Positions 19,821-27,873 of a stretch of DNA of 64,000 nt are shown piece after piece. Source of the stretch: Prevotella sp. (lineage in GTDB: Bacteria > Bacteroidota > Bacteroidia > Bacteroidales > Dysgonomonadaceae); assembly GCA_031285625.1 (NCBI GenBank), contig JAITVV010000007.1:128893-192892 (forward strand). The letters run 5' to 3'. Below the pieces are notes generated by a model. That model was given only the letters and a program-made list of their open reading frames with translations. It ran no database searches and was not told where the DNA came from. Within the stretch, counting starts at the first letter, position 1. Each line of letters begins with the position of its first letter. The translations under genes and the position numbers were made by a program.

Positions 19821-20912
19821 TTAGCCGTATTTATTTATGAGCCAGATAGAGAGGCCTAATAATATAAGGCCCGTAAGAATAGCCAGTGTGATTTTCGCCA
19901 CACTATACGGTCTGTCACCAGTGACTCTTCCTGTACGTCCGTTTACAAAGAAATGGTACAGCTTATTATTATAAGTATACGAAGACATGTATACAGGAAG
20001 AAGTATCAGTTTAAACTTAATACTGCTGAATCTTGTTTTAAACGAATTTATCCGTTGTTTATCTCCTCCGATATCCTGACGAATCGCATATTGTATATCA
20101 GACTCCATTATACTTTTGGCAGAAGTAAATCCTGTCTGCATATTTATATTATACTTCTCGGTAATAAATCCGCTAAGAAAACGGTTATCAGCTTCAACCA
20201 TATTCATGGTATCCCAATTGCTGATTTCAGTCATTACCTGAGTTGTAATAATCTTGGAAGCCGGAACCATTACATCATCAAAGAATAAAGAAATATGCCC
20301 ACTCCGTGAAGACCAACGTGTACGAGTCTCTGTACGCCGGTTTTTCCCACTTCCTACAGTAACGGTATAATTATCGCCCCGTTGCCCGGCGTAGTCTGTA
20401 TTTGTCTGTGCGTCGTATGTCCAGCACGGTATATATACCCCTTGTTGCCTATTAGAATGTAAGGCTCTTGTCTTTAACTTATTTGGAGCGAACCAACGTT
20501 TTGATAACCATGTCAGCATGTGCACTTGAATCTCATTGTCCGAAATTTTGAACGGCAACAGATAAGAAGGTTGTATCAACCGTTCTTCATGAGCATCCGC
20601 CTCTATGAGTGGAGTACAACAATATGGACACTCCACAGATTTCATACTCTCATCAAAAGTAGATTCTGCACCACACTTACGACAACTGATTACTTTTGTT
20701 GCTTTTGTATTCAGTATCTCTTCAGTCTGAACATATTGTTCAAAATCAAGTTCTTCAACTTCGTCAACAATTTTTACATCTATTGGTGTATCAGTACCGC
20801 AATAGTCGCAATGAAGTAGAGTAGTCCCGGGTTTATATTTCAGAGCAGCACCACATCCCCGGCATTGATATGTGTCGCTGCTCAAAGATATATTTTCGAA
20901 AACGTCTGACAT
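19821..20912 (-). CDS. Multi-Zn-ribbon membrane protein (partner of SPFH protein)
   Basis: Four CxxC pairs (CRGC, CDYC, CRKC, CPYC), GVYIPCWTYD, LLPVY...VNGRTGRVTGDRPYS, C-terminal TM helix. Confidence 0.75.
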   Translation of the reverse strand: MSDVFENISLSSDTYQCRGCGAALKYKPGTTLLHCDYCGTDTPIDVKIVDEVEELDFEQYVQTEEILNTKATKVISCRKCGAESTFDESMKSVECPYCCTPLIEADAHEERLIQPSYLLPFKISDNEIQVHMLTWLSKRWFAPNKLKTRALHSNRQQGVYIPCWTYDAQTNTDYAGQRGDNYTVTVGSGKNRRTETRTRWSSRSGHISLFFDDVMVPASKIITTQVMTEISNWDTMNMVEADNRFLSGFITEKYNINMQTGFTSAKSIMESDIQYAIRQDIGGDKQRINSFKTRFSSIKFKLILLPVYMSSYTYNNKLYHFFVNGRTGRVTGDRPYSVAKITLAILTGLILLGLSIWLINKYG

Positions 20913-20915
20913 CGT

Positions 20916-22031
20916 TTAATCCTGTTTAGGTAGCGGTGGAGGCATCATAGTCCATAAGTCCTGCAAATCTCCCTGGTTTCCGGCAGGAGCCCAGTCAACC
21001 AAGCCACTTTTCCAAACTAAAGTCTCTTTTGATAAAGTTCTATCCTGTACCAATTTTGTTAACTCACTTCTATTGAATGGACCTGCTTGCTGTCCGTTAA
21101 TGGCTACGTAATATGCCACTGCTCCGGGAACAGGAGGCGGACCGCTCTGAGTATTTTGTGTATTCTGACTCTGCATCTGATTAGCCATCGACTGTGTCAT
21201 CTGGTTAGCCATAGCCATACCTGCACCCAGCCCAATACCCATGCCTGCGGTTCCGGACGGATTTTCTGCAGCAGCTTCCATAGCTTTGGCTGCTTTTAGC
21301 TTGGTCAGCTTATCCAGGTCAATCTTATCCAGACGGCTAAGTTCAAATATTTCTTTTTTCACCTCATCCGGCATAGAAATATTCTCTATCAGGAATTTAG
21401 TAACATCCATACCATATGCCATAAAATCATTCTGCATAAAGCCGAATATAGCTTCTGACAATTCATTCAGGTTAGCAGCATACAACTCGACAGGCAGATT
21501 GGATTCGGCTGTAGCATCCGAAAAGCGGGTCACAATGATACTTTTCAGTTGCTCTTTAATATGTTCGGTTGTAAAGGTTTGGTTTGTTCCAACAATCTCT
21601 CTAATAAATACAGAAGCATCTGTCACCTTAAAAGAATAGATACCGAATGCCCGTATCTCAACCATACCGAAACGGTTATCATTAAGAATAATCGCATTTT
21701 TAGTACCCCATTTCTGATCAAGGAAGTTTTTGGTACTCACAAAATACACCTCAGCTTTAAAGGGACTATTAAAACCATATTTCCAACCTTTGAGAGTTGT
21801 CAATATCGGTAAGTTCTGTGTATTCAATGTATATGTTCCGGGAGAAAAAGTATCCGCAATTTGCCCTTCATTTACAAATACTGCGGTTTGTCCTTCCCGC
21901 ACAATCAACTTAGCATTATTTTTTATTTCATTATTATGTCTTTCAAAGCGATAGACAATAGTATCCTGTGTATTATCCAGAAACTCGATAATATCTATTA
22001 ACTCATTTCTTAGTTTGTCAAAAAGTCCCAT
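20916..22031 (-). CDS. SPFH/Band-7 (YdjI-like) protein with C-terminal GYF_2 (DUF4339) domain
   Basis: LIVREGQTAVFVNEG, PGTYTLNTQNLP, SPFKAEVYF, KWGT; C-terminal YYVAINGQQAGPF...TLVWKSGLVDW...PPPLP. Confidence 0.88.
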   Translation of the reverse strand: MGLFDKLRNELIDIIEFLDNTQDTIVYRFERHNNEIKNNAKLIVREGQTAVFVNEGQIADTFSPGTYTLNTQNLPILTTLKGWKYGFNSPFKAEVYFVSTKNFLDQKWGTKNAIILNDNRFGMVEIRAFGIYSFKVTDASVFIREIVGTNQTFTTEHIKEQLKSIIVTRFSDATAESNLPVELYAANLNELSEAIFGFMQNDFMAYGMDVTKFLIENISMPDEVKKEIFELSRLDKIDLDKLTKLKAAKAMEAAAENPSGTAGMGIGLGAGMAMANQMTQSMANQMQSQNTQNTQSGPPPVPGAVAYYVAINGQQAGPFNRSELTKLVQDRTLSKETLVWKSGLVDWAPAGNQGDLQDLWTMMPPPLPKQD

Positions 22032-22143
22032 ATCCGATATTTTTGTGTTATTAAGGTCACAGACCTATTTATTACTTTTAAAATGTATAACAACAATAAT
22101 TAGTTATTATTCTGTTTTTCAAATATACTATAAATCAAATAAA

Positions 22144-22167
22144 AAAAGCTAGTTTTAACTAGCTTTT
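22144..22167 (-). terminator. Intrinsic terminator closing the ligase operon
   Basis: AAAAGCTAGTT-TT-AACTAGCTTTT, 13 bp past the ligase stop, followed by a T-run on the minus strand. Confidence 0.75.
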
Positions 22168-22180
22168 CATATCAGGTGGA

Positions 22181-23608
22181 TTATACTTTTTCCCACCCTT
22201 TCTTTATATTTCCTTCAACGTATGTTTCATATATTTTCTTGATCTGCTCTTCACTATTAGAGATTCTTACATCTCTGTTCAATGGTTCTTTACGATCAGA
22301 ACTATAGTTAGTATAGCAGAATACATATGCCGGATATTTAGACGAGTCTTCTTTATGCGTCTTCCACCACATAAATTTTTGTACCATCAACTTGCCTTTA
22401 GTTTCTTTCTTATATACTTCACGCTGCATAACCTCACTTTTCACTCCATCCAGAGATTTTTCTTCCAGAGGCGCAACATAGGCAAAATCAGTAATCTGAG
22501 ATAAACGTAAATCCGTAGCATTTATAGCTTTATCTTCTCTAAACCGTTCAAAGATAGGGTATATTAAAGAGAAACCCGATGTTATTCTGGATAGCTTGTA
22601 TTTACCGTCAACCACTTCTAATATAGGATTTGTTACGGCTGATGTAGAATTTTCCACGATCACATCATTGAAGTTCACTTCAAGGATTATCTCCGGCCTT
22701 ACCATATGAAATGCCACGTGATTAGAGTCTGTCTCAATATATTGCGAAGGCATTTCCATTGGTTTTAATCGTTCCAATATCTCTTTCCGCATTTCATCTG
22801 AAAATCCGTTTCCTGTTTTACCTATTATCTGGAATTTTCCTTCTTCGGGCATCATAGCCAAAAGCATACTTCTTATCTGCCCTTTTGCATCATCAATACC
22901 TTCCGAATAACCAACGACAACAACATCTGCCGAATGTCGAGGCTTTAGTTTACAGACAAATGGATATTCACTCCTGATAATGATACCTTCAGCATTCTCA
23001 GCTTCTACCCATTCTTCATATAATTCCTTTATTTCTTTCCGGGAATTAACAACCTTATATCGGGGAGGAAAAACAACAGAAGAATCTTTAAATATACCTG
23101 CCAACTCTTTATATAACAGATCGTAGGTAGTATAATATCCTTTATCCCCATTTATTTCTATTATATCGAAAGGTACAAGACAAAGATCAGATTGCATTTT
23201 GGGTTCGGCCCAAGCCTGTAGGACATTAAAAACCCTTGTACGACCTTCGGTCTCTTTCATACAAACCTCACAAGCAAAGACGGCTGATTGGGTACCAGAG
23301 GCTTTTAACAAACGGGTTGCTTCTTTCAAAAACGGAAGGCTTCCCCTAACTTTACCGCCCGGATTCATTATATATGAATTTTCTCCATCAAAGAGAAGGA
23401 TATTAAACTCTCCATCATATTTACGGGTAAGATAGAACTCTTTACCCATCGCTTTATCTTCAATCTGTCTGGGATTGATAGAGATAAAATTCTTAGCTAT
23501 ATTTTTCTTATATAATTTCGCTATGTCACGAGTTTGCTCATCCACAGCATCCAATGTACCAAGTGTATAACCCCGGTCTTGTTTCAGTTTTGTATTATCA
23601 ATCTTCAT
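22181..23608 (-). CDS. ATP-dependent DNA ligase-like nucleotidyltransferase + OB fold + WGR-like C-terminal domain
   Basis: Motifs I (TRKYDGE), III (FACEV), IIIa (VPFDII), IV (AEGIIIR), V (CKLKP-SADVVVVG), OB-fold GKTGNGFSD and VI (PIFERFREDK), plus an extra ~85-aa C-terminal domain ending IKKGWEKV. Confidence 0.8.
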   Translation of the reverse strand: MKIDNTKLKQDRGYTLGTLDAVDEQTRDIAKLYKKNIAKNFISINPRQIEDKAMGKEFYLTRKYDGEFNILLFDGENSYIMNPGGKVRGSLPFLKEATRLLKASGTQSAVFACEVCMKETEGRTRVFNVLQAWAEPKMQSDLCLVPFDIIEINGDKGYYTTYDLLYKELAGIFKDSSVVFPPRYKVVNSRKEIKELYEEWVEAENAEGIIIRSEYPFVCKLKPRHSADVVVVGYSEGIDDAKGQIRSMLLAMMPEEGKFQIIGKTGNGFSDEMRKEILERLKPMEMPSQYIETDSNHVAFHMVRPEIILEVNFNDVIVENSTSAVTNPILEVVDGKYKLSRITSGFSLIYPIFERFREDKAINATDLRLSQITDFAYVAPLEEKSLDGVKSEVMQREVYKKETKGKLMVQKFMWWKTHKEDSSKYPAYVFCYTNYSSDRKEPLNRDVRISNSEEQIKKIYETYVEGNIKKGWEKV

Positions 23609-24305
23609 TGGTTATGCTTTTTAGTTCAAGATTGGTCAAGTGTAATATAAGACAATATTTATCTCCATCTATACGGCCTTCAAGGAATCCACGTTGTGGT
23701 TCACCTCCTGTAGTCAATATAATAGGCTCTATGCCTTTAGCTCCTCCTCCAACAAACATAAACGAATTGCTTTCTGCAAGTTTTGTAGCCATATCATATA
23801 GAAAATCATACGTTAATCCATTCACATGTTTGAGCTGATATTTACGCGTAAAAACAAACTTCTTAATGGCTTCCTTTTTCGAAAAGAGTTTACCTGTCCA
23901 GCGCAAAGGTATTTCTGTAGTTACATTAGGTTCACGTTTCTCAGCGTCCCTCTCTTCTTTTAAGGTACCATCCGGATTTTTCACATATTCTTTTACCTGT
24001 ATATGATATACGATCTGATCATTTTCGTCCAGATACAATCTTTTTGTTGATGGTAAAATCTTACCAAATAGTTCTATATCAATCTCTGGATCGGATTTAA
24101 TAATATCTTCACCTAATTGAACCAAGTCTTCATACTTATCTTTTAAGGCATCTATGGAGGTTTCCATAGTTCCACGCAAGACTTTTACACTTTTACTGTC
24201 CTGCCCGTCAGCAAGTACATACTTGATGTTTGGTTTTGGAGGTATATTATCTAACCCTACCAGAGCATCACGCTTTTTATCGTTTGTTATATTAAGTTGT
24301 CTCAT
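23598..24305 (-). CDS. Hypothetical protein, divergent Ku-like beta-barrel (subunit B)
   Basis: C-half (PLRWTGKLFSKKEAIKKFVFTRKYQL...YDFLYDMATKLAESNSFMFV...RGFLEGRIDGDKYCLILHL) follows the Ku core strand/helix order. By-eye alignment only. Overlaps the ligase start by 11 bp. Confidence 0.5.
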   Translation of the reverse strand: MRQLNITNDKKRDALVGLDNIPPKPNIKYVLADGQDSKSVKVLRGTMETSIDALKDKYEDLVQLGEDIIKSDPEIDIELFGKILPSTKRLYLDENDQIVYHIQVKEYVKNPDGTLKEERDAEKREPNVTTEIPLRWTGKLFSKKEAIKKFVFTRKYQLKHVNGLTYDFLYDMATKLAESNSFMFVGGGAKGIEPIILTTGGEPQRGFLEGRIDGDKYCLILHLTNLELKSITNED

Positions 24306-24309
24306 AGCT

Positions 24310-24912
24310 TTACATCATTGAAAAATCAATATCAAAATCATCGGAGTCGCTTTCTTCCTCTTCAGCATCGATAACGGCAGTTTCCTGCAAGTTGATAAAT
24401 TCAAAATCATTTTTATACCCGACTAACATAAACAGGCCGTTATCATTAGTTATCAGAAAAGCCTGACTGGTATCATAACCTGCGCGGTAATTAAACCTGA
24501 ACTCGTAAATATCATCTCCGATAAATTTTATTAAGTCTTCATAATCTCCGGTTAGTTCATATACAGTTGTAATACTATGATCGAGAAGCGTCTCAACCGA
24601 AACTTTGCTATTCAGATTGATAGGTGTAGAAAATGTGGAGGGTATCTGTTCAACTTTTTCGCCTTTATTATTTACGGCGATCAACTGATCACGATCAACC
24701 CAATTCATATGTTCGTCCAGTATACCCATAGAGATACCTCCTTTTGGTATAATAATAGTTCCGGATTCGTCCATACTTACAGCTTTACAGACTTGATTTT
24801 TGTCATCTAATATGACTCTCTCTGTAGTTCCGTATACTTTCGACCGATCTAGTTTTGTGGGTGAACAGACATAGTTTTTGTCATTAACTATAAAAGTTAG
24901 TTCTTGTGCCAT
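24310..24912 (-). CDS. Hypothetical protein, divergent Ku-like beta-barrel (subunit A) with acidic tail
   Basis: N-terminal hairpin and bridge-like segment (VILDDKNQVCKAVSMDESGTIIIPKGGISMGILD), then PINLNSKVSVETLLDHSITTVYEL...FRFNYRAGYDTSQAFLITNDNGLFMLVG. Tail EEEESDSDDFDIDFSMM. Confidence 0.5.
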   Translation of the reverse strand: MAQELTFIVNDKNYVCSPTKLDRSKVYGTTERVILDDKNQVCKAVSMDESGTIIIPKGGISMGILDEHMNWVDRDQLIAVNNKGEKVEQIPSTFSTPINLNSKVSVETLLDHSITTVYELTGDYEDLIKFIGDDIYEFRFNYRAGYDTSQAFLITNDNGLFMLVGYKNDFEFINLQETAVIDAEEEESDSDDFDIDFSMM

Positions 24913-24940
24913 TAGAAAGATTGTTAAAGTTCTATTTAAA

Positions 24941-24948
24941 CAAAGATA
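24941..24948 (-). promoter_or_regulatory. Bacteroidota sigma -7 promoter box for the Ku-like/ligase operon
   Basis: TATCTTTG (TAnnTTTG) on the minus strand, 28 bp upstream of the first ATG. Similar boxes lie at 19732-19739, 22120-22127 and 25817-25824. Confidence 0.6.
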
Positions 24949-24999
24949 AAAAAATAATTATAGAATGATACCCTCACATCGCAAGTTGTTAGTACGATA

Positions 25000-25788
25000 T
25001 TACAAATTTCCCGATTCCCAATTACTCCAATGATTATTCGGTTCTAATGCCGGTTTCCAAAGAGTAGCATCCTGATTGACTAATACCTTAGCTATCAACT
25101 GATATAATTCCTGGTCACTGGCAAGTAAATCTTTATCATAAAGACTGGAATAGTGAAATTCATCCAGAGTCATTATTTTAGGGATATCTAAGGGTATATG
25201 TAGCTTTATCTCTTCTTCACTTGCTCTGATAAGGTTAGGTTCAGCCTCGTTAAAATATCTTATCAATTCCCCAAAACCGACTAATCTATCAGGATTATCA
25301 TATTCTCTTGGTTCTATTCCCAATCCTTCATATTTTAGCGGATCATGCTCAATAGTTACCATTGCCTCTTTTACTCTTACGGCCTCTACTTTAGGATTTA
25401 TAAGCTCAAACAGACTTTCACCTGAATCGTCAAGACTTATTCGTTCATATTCTCCACCTGAAATAAGAGTTATTACTTCAGTATTAGAGACCGAAGTATA
25501 ATCATCAGAATCTGTTATTATATAATCGATGCAATTACCTACATAATCCAGTTGAATCTCTGCTCTACCTCCCCTATTCTGATAACCACTCTTTTCGAAA
25601 ATCACAGCCCATCTTTCCGCATCAGCATATAAATGAATCCTGTTTCCTGCTGTCTCGCAATATCCATGCTCCAGATCAAGGAAAAAATTATAGCAATTAT
25701 ATTTCTCGCCTTTAGGATAGTAAGAGCCGGGAACATCATTGAAAGCACAATCTAATTCTTCTAAAATATCAAATTCTGTGTAAGGCAT
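25000..25788 (-). CDS. DUF7003-like hypothetical protein
   Basis: FLDLEHGY...RIHLYADAERWAVIFE and C-terminal YQLIAKVLV...PNNHWSNW pattern recalled from this family. Confidence 0.55.
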   Translation of the reverse strand: MPYTEFDILEELDCAFNDVPGSYYPKGEKYNCYNFFLDLEHGYCETAGNRIHLYADAERWAVIFEKSGYQNRGGRAEIQLDYVGNCIDYIITDSDDYTSVSNTEVITLISGGEYERISLDDSGESLFELINPKVEAVRVKEAMVTIEHDPLKYEGLGIEPREYDNPDRLVGFGELIRYFNEAEPNLIRASEEEIKLHIPLDIPKIMTLDEFHYSSLYDKDLLASDQELYQLIAKVLVNQDATLWKPALEPNNHWSNWESGNL

Positions 25789-25851
25789 ATTTTCATGTAA
25801 TTATAGTGTTATCAAACAAATATAATCTTATTTGAGAGATTAATAAATAAA

Positions 25852-25880
25852 AAGGTTGCCTTAAAATGTAAGACAACCTT
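25852..25880 (-). terminator. Intrinsic terminator of the DUF349 gene
   Basis: AAGGTTGCCTTA/TAAGACAACCTT stem (G-U pair on the minus strand) followed by a T-run. Confidence 0.65.
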
Positions 25881-25904
25881 CTCTTATAAATATAAGTAAG
25901 TTGA

Positions 25905-27755
25905 TTATTTTTCCAATTCGTTCAGATTTTCATCTAAAGCTTCGATTTTCTTCACCAGTAAGTCCATTTCCGTCTTCAGATTCTCTATTTTATTATTTAC
26001 ATCTTTCAATAATCCACTTGCACCTTTAGAAGAAATAGATAAGAAATTCATATTGTTTTCATACGTCTGGAGATCAGATTTCACCTTATTATATTGATGC
26101 ATCAGATGGTCGCGTTCTTTATACAGAGCCCTTTTCGGATTATCCTGTCTTGAAAGGTTATCTCTTACATTCGATTTGAATGATTCGAAACGACGTTCTG
26201 TTTTATCTACTTTCAATCGATCGTAATGGGCGTCAACTGCCTGATGGAATTCTTTATAGATCTTATCTTTTTCTTTAAACGGAACAAAACCAATCTTATG
26301 CCACTCATCTGCCAAAGCACGAACTTGCGCAATTAGTTCTGAAGGGTCAAGTGATTCATCTACATTTTTAATCTTCTCTATAATTTCTTTTTTAGCTGCT
26401 AAGTTTTCCAGTTCCTCACCTTTCTGAGAATACTCATTTTTCTTCTTTTGTTCAAAGAAATAATCACAAGCTGTTACAAACTCTTTCCAGATAGCATCAG
26501 AGAACTTACGAGGAACAGGCCCAATGGTTTTCCATTCTTTCTGAATCGCAATAAGTTTATCTGCAGTCGATTTCCAATCAGTACTATCTTTCAAGGCAAC
26601 AGCCTGCTCTGTCAAAGCACGCTTTTTCTCAAGGTTTTCGTCCATTTCGTTTCTCACCCCCTTAAAGAATTCACTCTTCCTTTCAAAGAATGTATCACAA
26701 AGAGAACGAAATTCTTCGAAAATCTGATTATTAACCTTTTTAGGAACAAAACCAATGGTTTTCCATTTGGCTTGAAGTTCTATCACCTCTTTGCTCTTCT
26801 CATCCCATTCTTTAAATGAGGTAAGAAGAGAATAGTCAATATTCTTTAATATTTCACAAATAGCAGTCTTTTCAGCAAGATTTTCCTCTTCCCTGCCCTT
26901 TAGTGATTCAAAGTGAGTCTGATAGTTTTTATTTATTGCTGTGGATGCATTTTTAAAACGAGTCCAAATCTCTTCTCTCAGTTCTCTGGCAACAGGACCA
27001 ATCCCACGCCATTGCTGATGAAAATTCTGCAATTGGTGAAAAGCCGATACAGAATCTGTATCATCCACAAGTTTTTCTACCGATTCACAAATGGCCGTTT
27101 TCAATTCCAGATTCTTCTTAAAATCGTAATCACGGAATTCATTATTTATTTTTATCAGGTCATAAAACTTCTCGGTATATATCTGATAAGATTTCCAAAG
27201 TTCTTTTTCTTTCGATTGTGGAATCAATGTAATCTCATTCCACTGTTGCTGCAAGTCTTTAAACTCTTTATACAGCTTACTAAAGTCATCAGAGCTTTCA
27301 GTAATATTCTTTATCGAATCTATTATCTGGAGTTTCTTCTTATAATTTTCTTCCTTGAGGTTTTCTTCTGCCGCAGCCTGACTGGCACGCTTTTCTTTTA
27401 TATCATTCAGAAAAGTTTTTAAAACATCTTCACTCGGATCAGGAGCCGGGGTGAAAGCTTCTGCTTCATTTCCTTGTTCCACAAACTCAGCCCTTTGAGC
27501 TTCTATTGCAGCAGAACGCAATTTATAGAAGGCCTGCTTAAGGGACTCAACTTCATGGCGAGGCGGAACTTCTGACTGCGTAGCCAAATTTTTTAACTTT
27601 TCAATAATTTCATCTTTGGTCAAAGACGGACTCTTTGCCACCGAAGTCTCTGTAGTTACTTCCGATTGCACCTTCACAACTTCTTCTGCAGGTTGATTTG
27701 TGATATCTTCAGATAGATTGTTCTCAGGCAATTCTGGATTTAGGTTCTCGTTCAT
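25905..27755 (-). CDS. DUF349 domain-containing protein
   Basis: Repeated helical units ENLxxKxxxxE...LQxxWKxIGxVP...W.xF; conserved Bacteroidota protein. Confidence 0.9.
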   Translation of the reverse strand: MNENLNPELPENNLSEDITNQPAEEVVKVQSEVTTETSVAKSPSLTKDEIIEKLKNLATQSEVPPRHEVESLKQAFYKLRSAAIEAQRAEFVEQGNEAEAFTPAPDPSEDVLKTFLNDIKEKRASQAAAEENLKEENYKKKLQIIDSIKNITESSDDFSKLYKEFKDLQQQWNEITLIPQSKEKELWKSYQIYTEKFYDLIKINNEFRDYDFKKNLELKTAICESVEKLVDDTDSVSAFHQLQNFHQQWRGIGPVARELREEIWTRFKNASTAINKNYQTHFESLKGREEENLAEKTAICEILKNIDYSLLTSFKEWDEKSKEVIELQAKWKTIGFVPKKVNNQIFEEFRSLCDTFFERKSEFFKGVRNEMDENLEKKRALTEQAVALKDSTDWKSTADKLIAIQKEWKTIGPVPRKFSDAIWKEFVTACDYFFEQKKKNEYSQKGEELENLAAKKEIIEKIKNVDESLDPSELIAQVRALADEWHKIGFVPFKEKDKIYKEFHQAVDAHYDRLKVDKTERRFESFKSNVRDNLSRQDNPKRALYKERDHLMHQYNKVKSDLQTYENNMNFLSISSKGASGLLKDVNNKIENLKTEMDLLVKKIEALDENLNELEK

Positions 27756-27873
27756 ATAGTTAGTTTTTAGAATGAAAGGCTATGCCTCAAGTTTTTCACA
27801 AAGCAAATTAATGATTTTTTTTTGTGATTTCAACTATGAGAGCATACCTTTTTTAAATATTCACTTATAAAAG

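Noticed and set aside
22181-23608. Calling the ligase ligD or ligA
   Set aside because: No LigD polymerase or phosphoesterase domain, and no NAD-ligase Zn/HhH/BRCT domains.
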